The translations under genes and the position numbers were made by a program. Shown here in pieces: positions 43,801 through 56,400 of a stretch of 64,000 bases of DNA (the stretch's first letter is position 1; the number at the start of each line of letters is the position of its first letter). This DNA comes from Gekko japonicus (lineage: Eukaryota). The notes beneath the pieces are model-generated. The model was given only the letters and a program-made list of their open reading frames with translations. It did no database searches and had not been told where the DNA came from. The stretch spans positions 248,001-312,000 of the forward strand of contig NW_015169226.1 of the NCBI RefSeq assembly GCF_001447785.1, given 5' to 3'.

Positions 43801-46800
43801 TCTTTGCTTGCTTTTTTGATGAACAATAGCATGTCTTAGCTACATATAGTCCCAATTTTAAAAACAAGAAGATCTATCCCAAAAGAACTCAAGAGAAAGA
43901 CAGGCTTTACCTTTGGTCCATTTCTGGAAGATTGTTAGTAATGACACAATTCTCAAATGGACAAAAGGAGTAGAGAATCAAAGAAACAGTTGTCTTCTCT
44001 CTAAGAAATGGGGCACACACGAAACTATTCAATCAGGCAATTTTGTCCTAGTTCTATCAGTGTTTTATATGTTATGATTATTTCTTCCCTCTTTCTGTGC
44101 TCTGTTAAATCTGCCTTAAGTCTCAGTGAGAAAGGTGGGCTATAAATAAGCTAAATAAAAAAGTCAGAAAATCACAGATGTATTATTTGGCAGGTTTCAT
44201 TCAGATGAGAACTGTATTTTCTTTGGGCTCGTAAACAGTGTACAAGGCTAAACTAATAAAATGGAACTATATGTGAACATACATCAGCACTCTGGAGGCT
44301 TGCAGAAAAACCAAACCCTGAATTGCTCAAAGAAGAAGAAAACACAATAATAAATACTCACTGCTATCGTTGATCCATTTTTGCCAACACCACCTGTGAA
44401 GATCACACCAAAGTAGTTTGTACATGAGAATATAGTTCCTGCTACTGTACAAAGGGCTGGAAGTATTTTCACTGGGATGTTCAGCACTGGAATCTTAACA
44501 GGAGGGGGGGGGGAAATGAACATAGTTACCATCAACCTGAAATGTTTTTTCCAGCTGCTGTGTAAACTCAGGGCCAAAACAGACAAGAAACTGGGATATC
44601 TGTGGATAAATCTTCCCAACATGTGTCACCTCAATTTGGATCAGGGCTAAACAAGGGGAAGGAAAAACCTCGGGGGGGGGGGGGTTCCTACCAAAAAGAA
44701 GCTTTCCCTGTGCTGCTATTAGCCCAATAAGGGAATAAAGATGGGTCCTTGTACTTTGCCCTTCTTTTCCCCCTTCCTTGGTTAGTAGCATAAGGAGGGC
44801 ATTTTCAATAACTGAAAGCATGCAGAAGTGACAAAATAAGCCCCTTGTTTTGTCCCCATCCGAATTAAGCCTACATGTAGCTGCAATTTAGTTTTAGAAA
44901 AATTCCGGTAACGTGCAATCATACATCTCCAGCATTTAGCTTAACCCTCAAACATTCCACTTTTCTGGAAGTTACCTGGAGACAACAGAGGAGACAAGCT
45001 TTTCTTCACATTACCTTTCAGAAAGGTAGAGGTATGTGTCCAAGGTGACATATACAAATAATACCAGCATTTGAGTTCCTCCTGGAGAGAGTAAATAATA
45101 CTAAACGGAAGACACATGCCTTCTTATTAAAGCTCCCCCACCTTTTTAAAGTTTTTTTTCCCAGAATGTATAGTTAAAATGAAAGTCTAGACTTGATATG
45201 GTCAGAGGAAAACAAACGGAAGAATCCGAGTTAGTACAAAGAGTATGATGTTTGGTTATAGTCCACAAATTCCAAACTTAGAAATGAAGTAAAGCAAATG
45301 GAAGAATCAATAAGAACATAAGATTGCAGTATCAGATGAAAAAGTGATCCATTTCCCATGCCGGAGGCTCACAAGCAAACTTGTGTAGACTAGACATCTC
45401 TCACTGTTTGGTGTCCCCAGCATCTTGTCAATGGAGGTATACTGTTGTCTGAAACACGGCAGTTATATTATCATAAGTAACCGTTATTGTTTCAACTGTC
45501 TTCCATGAATCTATTTTTTCTTGTTTGTTTTAAAGCCACATGCTTGTGGCCATCACTATATCTTGTTGCAGTTAATTCTCCAATCAAAAAGCATTATGCG
45601 AAGTATTTCCTTTTGCCAGTCTTGAATCACCATTGACTATAAGCATAATTTGCATGTCCCTGTCAAACTCCTAAGAGTGCAAACTACCACAGGCAAACAC
45701 AGCATACTTATTCTACGGACTTCTTGTTCTAAAATTTATCCACTCAAATGTGAAAACTGATTTTGTTTTTTTAAAAAGTTAATATAAGCTTAGACATTAA
45801 GGGAAATGAAACATCATAAATTTGGATTTACTGCTTAATTTACAAAAGTTTAGAACTTTGTCAACAAGTTTTTCAACCTTAGCTACAATCATAAGAGCTA
45901 CAAACAGAAGGAAAAAATGGAAAATAGCTGCAGAAAACACTGAGGATACTCATACACTGTATAAATATTAAGACAAAAGAACAAATAGCCTTTCTAATTT
46001 ACAGAACATATGCTATCCAGCCTATCAGACCTCCATGCAACTTCACCCCCAACTACTTACCAAAAGTCTTATCTGTAGCTAGAATTCATTTTCAGTAATA
46101 ATTTATTTATTTTATTTTATTGTATTTATACCCCGCCCTCCCCACGAACGGGCTCAGGGCGGTTTTTTAAAATCATTTAATACAATGATGATTCAACTAG
46201 ATTAAAAAAAAAAATCCTTACATATGAATAATAGGAAAACACACCACACCACATAGTTAATTTTGTGGGCTCCAAAATTGTGGGCTCAGGACACTTGTTT
46301 CTTGACTATTATGCACAGTCAGGGCTCTAGTCGGGGGGGGGCTCTCAGGTACGGAGCTCCGGAAGAGAACCTCTAGGGGGCGGGGCGGTCATGTGGTGAA
46401 GCCCCGCCCCCTTCTTTACCCCGCCCTCTGCTTCGATCCTCATTCCGTTTGGGAATGAGGATGAAGCAGGAGGGTAAGTAGCCGGGCCTTCTGACACACT
46501 TCCGGTGATGTCAGGGGGTGTGGCCTTCTGTCACTTCTGGTGATGTCAGGGGGCGTGGCATATGCAAATAAGTTATGCTAATGAGTTATGCTAATGAGCT
46601 CCGGCAGCTCTTTTTCTACAACAAGACCCCTGTGCACAGTTCATTTGTTTTCCTTCAAGGCGATACCAACACAGGTCTCCCATACCCACACCACTTTTGA
46701 ACTTTTATTCTACAGTGGTTTAGGGTTTCCAGCCTGCAGGTGGGGCCTGGAGACCCCCTGGAATTACAACAGATCTCCAGACAACAGAGATCAGCTCCCT

Positions 46801-47415
46801 TGGAGAAAATGGCTGCTCTGGAGAATGGACTGGATGGCATTATGCCTTGTCGAGGCTCCTCCCCTCCCCAGACCCTGCTTTCTCCAGGCTTCACCCCCAA
46901 GACCTCCAGGAATTTTGCCACCTGAGCTGGCAACTCTACCTGAGTGGCTATAACCCCCAGCACTGTGCAACTCCAACGTGTGCGCACTCACTCACCGGTT
47001 GGTTTTTTTAAAAACAGAAGCCGCATGACTGCATCTCTTCCACCATGATCCAGCATTTTGTAAACATTTATTCATTTATTTCATCGTTCTTTGGAGATGG
47101 CGCACTTGCCATCTCCTGTGCTGAAGTGCACTTCTATCAAGCTTCACAAAAGGAATGGAAAGCAACAGCAGCTCAGCTGGCTTATGTCCCACTCCCCTGC
47201 TATCTGCTTTCTTTCCATTATGTGCAAACAAAATATTGCAAGATCATCGTTGTAAAGAGATTTACAAAATTATTATGAAAATGCTGAAGTGTGGAAATGC
47301 CTCAGAGAGTGAAAAGTGGAATGTTTGAGTAGATAGTCTCTTAAATAACATAAATCCCAGTAGTATATTTGTCTCTATACGAGATGACCCATAAGGTTCT
47401 TCCAGTCAAAAGTAA

Positions 47416-47447
<32 letters not shown>

Positions 47448-50400
47448 AAACAACCTATCACTGAATCAAGATACAGCAGTCAGGAGCGCACCACAATATA
47501 AATGGTGTAAGAATAGCACATACTGTTTAAATTTACTTGCACATTTTCTACTTCAAAAAATCTTTAACTTCCTTTAGAGCCATGGAACAGCTTTTTCTGA
47601 AGTAACACTTGCTTTTCCTACTAAAGAGAGAGTACTTTGCAAGCCCATCAATTATTTATTTTTGTAATAATTACATTGCAACAAAGATAGTGGATGTAGC
47701 CAATTAGCTTTTGCTTTTAATGGTAATTTACATACAAGACACATAGCTGTTGTGTTATAACAGAATGTTATGTTTTAGTAGACACATATACCATGCTCAA
47801 GCAACTGTGGCAGCCAAACAATTTCATAAAATTTAATACCACCATTTTAATGACATTCTGTTAAATTGCTTATGGCTCACAATAGATAACGGTATACAAC
47901 GGCCTTTCCAATCTATCTAAGCAGCTTCATTTTGCTGATTTGGGACTAAATATGTAGTACCACCAAGTTGTGAATATTTTGTTAAACTGGCACAGAAAAT
48001 AATGCCTTATCTACAAAAGGAATGGTTGGGGTTCTTCTGGATGAATGACAGCAAAAGAATGAATCTCATCATTGGGAATATGCCAGGGCTCTGGAAAACG
48101 GTGAGATTTTTCCAATAGAATGAAAGTGGTACTCTTCTATATGAATAACAAAAAGTTTTTAAATGGCAGGTTAAAAAACAATATATATATATATATATCA
48201 CGTGATATACAAGGTGAACAGATTTACCATAGTGTGCCAAAACGTTGTTCCTCCGATCACTGCCAGTAAATGCATGATTATTATGAAGATTTGCACTTCA
48301 GTCACATCAATTCTGATTAGGTACAAAAAAGCCAAAAAAGCAGAATTACACAAAGCAATTTTAATCATTTTGCAAGCTTGGCAGCTCTCCTCTATCATGC
48401 ACAAGGTAAAATGAAAAAGGAGAAAAGTCGAAAATTAGGGAGAAAATATGTATCTTGATATATCTTTGCTGTACTGTAGGTCCTACTTCACAGCAGGGAA
48501 AAACAGAGCTATGGCTAAAGGCATCAATCCTGGACAGCCACAGAACAGGCAAGAGACAAGCACAATTGTAGCTTAGAGGGGTTTCAGAAGTTTCTACTGG
48601 AATGCTAACTGTATGGGCAATCTGATTTTAAATGGACTAAAGGCTTACACAGTCCGTTCAAAAGAGTAAAAACATTCCGTACTTCTCTCCCATCCACACT
48701 ATGGCTGTCTAGAACTGTGGCCAAAAGCAATAGTTGGAACTTATTTACTTCTTTTAACTGGCTGTAAACAGCTGTAGAAACATAAACATTAACCTTGCCC
48801 ACCAACAAAACGAATTTAAGAGTTAACTCTGCAGAATCTCTCACCACAGTTTTTCTCCTCTGACTCCAACTCCATAGTGCAGTTGACATAAGGCCTGAAA
48901 GCAAATGCAGTGCTGCTAATCTCTCACATATGGCCAAGAAATCTCGAGGGGGCCACAGGCTCACACCATGTCCTTCCTCTTCTCAGGGATGAATTTCTGC
49001 CTCCTTTAACCATGGCTTATTGTCACCTTCTGTACTGGCACTAACCATAGTTCTCCTTGTAATCAGAGTTTGAAATCAAAGTATGAAGAGAATAAGCAAA
49101 CCATGATTAAGCATTAGCTATGGTTAATATCAGTGCAGATATAAACCTAAGCCACTGTTAACATAAACAAAGGGCGATTTGCAACAGAGAGAGGAAGAGG
49201 GGTAACTGACTGTGAGCCACAACGTTTTTGTAATCATTCGTAGAGTTTGGCAGCCTTATGCCACACCAAAGCTCAGCAACCGCACTGGCTATCTCTCTAC
49301 TACTGCTGTCTTTTGAGCAACAGAGAATTTTGGACTCAACTGCATTACTGAAATTTCTAGGTTTATGTCTCAAGATCACTTGGTGTGTTACATTTTTAAC
49401 AGACACAATATAATGGCTGCATGCATCATCACATGTATCATGCAGGTTCATATGCCAAGGGGCCATGAGGGGCTGTGGGGCACAGAGCTCTAGTCAAATA
49501 CAAGATCACGTTGGGGGCTGGGAGCACTGATTCCAAACCACCCTCCCCTTCTCTGTACCAAAAGTTGACCAGGACTGTCAAAACTGACAGCACCAACCAC
49601 CTATTAGTTACAGGAAAATTATTCAAAGTGCCAACCAAAACTATTAATTTGAAAGAATTCTGCTTTACATTTTTGCTTATAGGAAGGGCTTCTGCTAGAT
49701 TCCAAAAGAGAGTAAGAAAATGTTAAAAACTTTACATTTGTGTTCTGTTGGTGTGACCATTAAAACTATACTCAATATTAAGAACAGAAGAAGAAGAGGA
49801 GATTGAATTTATACCCCGCCCTTCACTACCCAAAGGTGTCTCAGAGTGGCTTACAAACTCCTTTCCCTTCCCTTCCCCTCCCCACAACAGACACCCTGTG
49901 AGGTAGGTGGGGCTGAGAGAGCTCTTGACAGAAACTGCTCTTTTTTCAAGAACAGCCATTATCAGAACTACGGCTTGCCCAAGGTCATCCAGCCAGGTGC
50001 AAGTGGAGGAGTGGGGAAACAAACCCGGTTCTCCCCAGATTAGAGTCCGCGCACTTAACCACTACACCAAACTAAGAAAAATACTATGCTCTCATAATTC
50101 AGCATCTCCTTTTTATGTGCTGTCTTTTCCATATTCATTACCAATGGGTACCAATCTATTTGTATATGTTCATATTCTCCACAACATAAATAATTCATTA
50201 TGTAGACCATAGCAGGGGTCGTTTCAAACCGGAGCGAGGGGGAGCGCTGCTCCGGCAGTGATGGAAGGCGCCCCCGCCCATCCACCTGCTCTCGTCACCC
50301 ACGGCCCTTGGGAGGCCGGCTCAGCATGCACGTGGCCGCCCGCTACCACCTGCTCGGCAGAATAGTCCTCCCTCCAACCAAGGCTGGACCAAGTGGCCTT

Positions 50401-53400
50401 GCGCCGCCTGCTGGGGGCCCAATGCATAACGGCGGCTGCAGCCAGAGCAGCAGACCCCTGCCAGCCATGCACAAACAGGCAGCTGTGGCTGAGAGGGCAG
50501 CTGCGGCCGCCACTGCCATAGGATGAACTGACAGCAACGGAAGAGTCACGCTTGGCTGCCTGTTGCTGCTCCCCTGTGCGCTGGTCTTAAACATAGTCGG
50601 TGGTGAGGCTTCTTTTGGGAACTGGGGAGGTTCAGAGTGTACGCAAGCCACCCGCGGCCTCCCTAGCCTGACTGGGGGTGTCAGGTGTTGGGAGATGTTG
50701 TGCCTCAAGAATTCCATGACAAAGTTTTGTTGTAATTCTAATGCATTTCATTTACAGTCTTGGGGTTTGAGATTTATGTGTCTGAATGAAGTTTTAGTAA
50801 CTTGTCTTCTAAGTTGCACACAAAGGGACAATGGAGGCCCCATTTAAAACAAACAAACAAAGCTGCACCCAGCTGCTTATTATCTGTGTGCCTAATGATA
50901 GGCCAAGAGGAGCTGATCTCCACCACTTTTCCCCATGCTGAACAGCACTAGCTTCAAATGGTTCATATCCCCTCCCTAACCCTCACAAATTAGGGGTTAC
51001 AGTAAACTGTAAGATGACTAAGGAACAGGGAATGTATTTACTGGGATGAGAGGCAAGGAAGAACTGGTAGAAGTTATGGAGGTTTAAGTGACAGAAGTGT
51101 GGAGAAGCCAGCAAAAGCACCGTGTACACACACACACACACACGTTTATAAGCTTTGGGGAGACCGGTTACTAAAACTTCATTCAAACACATAAATCCCA
51201 AACCCCAAGACTGTAAATGATAGGCATTAGAATTACAACAATACTTTGTCATGGAATTCCTGAAGCACAACATCTCCCAACACCTGACACTAACTTTGAC
51301 AGCTGCCTTTTTCCTGATTAGACAAGGGAAAAAAAAAAAAAGAGGAAAGAAAGGGAGGAAAAGGGATGGTAAAAAAGAGATCTGAGGAAAAAAACTACAG
51401 CCAGAAACAGGCTTGCAAGCACTGGGAGTGAGAATTGTAAAAGCTGGAGAAAGGAATTTCTTTGAGTTCTGCTGTAAGACTGAATCTCAAGGTAGATTGT
51501 TGATCTAAGAGATCAAAACGGATCTTACGGGAAGAGATAGCCTTTTAGATATGTTGAGAGCATTCCTCTTGAAGAGGAAGAAGAAGAGGAGGAGGAGGAG
51601 GAGGAGGAGATTGGATTTATACCCCTCCCTTCACTCTCAGAGTGGCTTACAATCTCCTTCCCTTCCTTTCCCCACAACAGACACCCTGTGAAGTAGGCAA
51701 GTGTTTTTGAAGCAGTTTTTCTCCAGGTAGCTTTGAGTTGGGAAATACCTGGAGATTTTTGGGGTGGAGCCTGAGCAGTGGTATTGCCTTCTGACACACT
51801 TCCAGCGATGTCAGGGGATGTGGCATATGCATATGAGTTATGCTAATGAGCTCTTGCACCTCTTTTTCTATGAAATGACCCCTGGACCATAGTATTAGGA
51901 GAAAAATATTTCAACCTCTAGTGATCCCCAGCATGGCACCTGTGGGCAAAGCGGTGCCCATTTGCTTCTTCCACACCATTTCCCCATAAAATTCCAAATA
52001 TACCCACACAAGCACAGCAAGGCTGAGGACGCCTGTTCTACATTTTTTATTTCTGTCACAATCTTACTATCTCATTAGCTTGATTTTTTGGTGAAGACCC
52101 AAGTCCCCAAAACAATTTGCAGACATTTGCCTTGATCCAAATGTCAATCACAGAGGAAACTATTTTGCACACACACCAAGTTCAGCCGTATAACTGTAAA
52201 ATAACAGTTTTTATCTTCCCCTTCTTCTTAAGAAGTAATACTGTTACAGATACGTGAAAACAACTACAAGATTTGCACCATAAAGACAAACAAGATTTCC
52301 AGGGTATAAGCCAGGGGTCCCCAATTTTTTTGAGCATGTGGGCACCCTTGAGACAGAGTGGTGGGCATGACCACAAAATGACTGTGGAGCTAATAACAAA
52401 ATGGCTGTCACGAGAGGCAGAGCCAACCAGAAAATGTCAGGGAATGAGGGCAGGCATAACTCTTAACAGTAACTCTTCAAAATTTCAGGCAGAAGCTCTT
52501 TTTAACAGGAAACCTTTAAAATGAACACATTATTTAGAAATATTTTCTTGCATACGCACAGTTTCACCGCATGGGGAGATCCTTGTGCTATGGTGGCAGC
52601 TGGTGCCAAAGCAATTTTTAACAATCTACATAGCCAGTCAGAAGCCCTGCTTGACAAAAACCCCATTTGGCCCAGCACACTTTCTAAAAACACTTTGTGG
52701 GCGCTAGGAAAGGTGTTGGCATCGTTCCCATGGACACCTCATGGGGACCCTGGTATAAGCATCTGAAATGTGAAGCTCCCTTCATCAGAAATTTGAAAAT
52801 TTGTCTGAGGTGCTAATCAATGTTTGATAAATATTTGGAACTCAACAGAACCCACTTGTGGCAGATTCCATCAGTTGCCTCCAAGTTATTCCCTACTGTA
52901 ATGTTCAATTAAATAGCATTTATGGTGGCAGAAAAATATGTACGCCCAACAGCAAAGAAAAAAATGATGAGGTGATCTTGCATAAATCACACTGTTAGTG
53001 ATACAGAAAAATTAAGGTAGTAGAAATGCTAGATAGAATACAAGAATGATAACACAGTGAGAAAAGGGCAAGGTTTGTCTGAGAATATGATGGATTATCA
53101 TCATGATGCCATATAAAGAGACACTATGATATCTGCTTTTAAAATTAAAACATTTATAATCTATGTTCAAGTTTAAAATCAGCCTCTGAGAAACACTTAA
53201 GCATTATTGGTTGCCCTGTTTATCCATACTTTAAATAGAACTTGGGGGGGTGACCTNNNNNNNNNNNNNNNNNNNNNNNNNNNNNNNNNNNNNNNNNNNN
53301 NNNNNNNNNNNNNNNNNNNNNNNNNNNNNNNNNNNNNNNNNNNNNNNNNNNNNNNNNNNNNNNNNNNNNNNNNNNNNNNNNNNNNNNNNNNNNNNNNNNN

Positions 53401-56400
53401 NNNNNNNNNNNNNNNNNNNNNNNNNNNNCGGAATCGCCCAACCCTGCAAGCAGGTTCTGGGCAATTTACAGCATTAAAACAGACAAAATACAACCAGCAT
53501 GATAAAAATTATTAAAGTGCACTAATAAAACAACCAATCCAGATTGTCATATATGACAATAGGGACATGTTCATAGCACTGCTATTGTCATGTCAATCTC
53601 ATTGTCCTAACCCACTGGTTCCCAAAGTGGGTAGTACTGCTCCCTTGGGGGTGCTGGAACGATCCAGGTGCAGATCCACAAGCTGCATCTTTTTGTCCAC
53701 CTTGTTGAAGGTAAATTTCCAGGGGGGCGCTGAGTAATTTTTTTTCTGAAAAGGGGGCGGTAGGCCAAATAAGTTTGGGAACCTCTGTAACTTTTACCTT
53801 CTAAATTATGCACTGCTGAAGAACTGCACTCTGCCTTCTCTGTTTTATTAATTTATTCTGCAATAGCCTGTCCTCTAATGATTTAAATGCCAAAATGGTG
53901 TTTGCTCTTTTGGTTAATGCTACATTAGAAACACATAACTGTCTGAAAATATGCTATCACAATTAAAAATTTACCCTCAGTATCTGCTGTATAGAAAGTA
54001 GCAGTCTGTGCTCTGTATGGTGGCAAAGCATTCATGCAGATGCTTTTATCTGCACGTGTGCACTAGACAAACGATGCATTCCTCACTACTCCATTCAGAA
54101 AGGTAGCTTATAGAGATCCGGTGGAGGGAAGTGAATACTGAGGAATGACAACTTCAGTAATTCATGCTAATAGAATCATTAAAAGGCAATTAGAAAGCAA
54201 AACAGGAACAGTGATTTAGCAGAGACAGGTAACAAAAATCAGAACTGTCCCTGGATCACAGTGAAAGTTGGACCCTGTGCCGTGTTTCACTTTACTGCAG
54301 GCATTAAAATAACCCCTCACCTCTCTCACAAAAAGAATGATTACAGAGAGATCTTCTGCTCCTGGCCTCCTACTGAAGATGATCAAGATGGGTAGCCGTG
54401 TTAGTCTTGTCTGTAGCAATAGAAAACAGCAAGATTCCAGAAGCACCTTAAAGGCTAACAAAATTTGGGGCATGCTATGTGCTTTTGTGAGTCACGGCTC
54501 AAGTTAGCTGTGATTCACAAAAGCTCATACTCTGTCACAAATTTTGTTAGCCTTTAAGGTGCTACTGGACTCTTGCTGTTTTCTACTGCTACTGAAAATG
54601 ACTCCATTGTCAATTGTCTGTGGCATACCTGAACCATGTTACTGCTGCAGAGATTGGCTCAACATTTTAAAATTAATTCTTAAGTTAAAAAGAAACAAAT
54701 ACCTGATTAAACAGGAATCGTGCTGCTTCCTGAGTCTCATACTCTTTATTCAAAACACAGCTGCATTCACCTTAACATCAGACTCGTGGTATAAGTAATT
54801 GGGTCCCTACTCCCTACTACTAACAACAACTTCTGATTAATATCTATTTCAGCATTAAGTACTACTGGATGTTTGGAATTTGAAGAGTGTTAATTCTTTA
54901 TTGTTGTTTTTTATATACCCAGAAAAAATTAAGTTATTTCATGATCAACCATGTTATTTTCTAGCTGTTTCTTTGAAGCTAACAAAAAAATTCTTATCCT
55001 ATGCTTTATCATAATAACAATTCAAGAAAAGTGCTTAAAATTTCTTTTTCCTAAAAAGTCCTCATCCTTATGACATGGTCAAGAATCTATTATCTCTAAT
55101 GGTTTGAAAGAACTGACAAGTGCTCTTCATAGCAAACAGTGTCTCCAAGTGGGCTCACAGCACCATTACAACAAAACAACCCCCCCAGCTGCCAAATAGC
55201 TTGAAAGAAATTTCTATGTGGAATCCTATGTAAATGAACTTAGCTGTAGCAGCAGAAATCCTAATCTAGTTTACTAAAATCCTATTTTAGTTTATTAAAG
55301 TTACAAATGTGTGTAAGGATTCCTAGATTTTGTTTTTTGGCAAACTGATGCATGTAACATCAATACTACTGCCAAACCCTAGCACATAAACTTAGATGAA
55401 ATATACACTAACATCCACTGTCACATCAGAACAGGCTGTGCTCATCTATTACACAGTAAATAAATATAGCAGGGATTTGCAATTGGTTTCATCTCCCCAA
55501 CACATACCAGCATACACACAGTGAAGTAAAAGGGACACATGTAGCCACTTCAAATCTCATAATGCGCAGTCTGTAACAAAGAAAACATCTGGAGCCACTG
55601 GTCTGTCACTATGCATTGGAAGTTCTATTTTATTGCCTTCTAGTTACAAGTTGGTGTCCTACCACTCATTTCTGATGATGGAAGAGCACTTCTATCATTG
55701 AGTCCGGGGTATTTTTTGCCAATTCTCCCTCCCCACTGCAGATCCCCCCTTTGCCTCATGCTGTTCCTGGGGGTCTGCTGAGCACCAGGAACAAAATGGG
55801 GGTGGTCCAGTGGGCTGCAGCAGGTGGGGGAAGCAGGAAAGTGCCAATCCATGAGCTAGTCCCACTGAATACTAATCATTACTCTGCAGTAACCCTCCCC
55901 CAAGTACAATTATACAGTGCAGTGCCAGAATTATATACATTTAGTTCATGTGCATTTCCAAGCACCTGTTTAACCCAATTTATTCCAGTCCTCATATTAC
56001 CTAGTAGCATACTATTTCAGAAACACACACACACATGAAAATGCTACCAAAATATTGATGGTAAAAAATACAGCTTCCCCATGTGCAGAATGTTAGCTAA
56101 AGAATTTGTGAAAAGATATTCAGGGTCTTGTAGGATTGTCCCATATTTTCTATTTTGTCACATGCCCTTTTCAAACCAAGAGTCTTGAGTTAAAATCTCA
56201 CCCCCACCCATTAATTCAGTAGATGGCTTTCGGCAACCTGCCATTTTTTAGTCTCAGTCCTCTCTCACCACCCTCTAAACTGTTGACTGTTGTGAGCAAA
56301 AATCATACTTCGTGAGCCAAAAAATCTATGAGCATAAAAGTTCAGAGTGAGCCTAATTTTTAATTTTTTAAAATTTCAGTTTGGAAAGGGGAAGAAAGAA

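Noticed and set aside
50224-50717. Overlapping GC-rich ORFs or CpG-island promoter
   Set aside because: They lie inside a TSD-bounded transposon, and the peptides have no recognisable domain.
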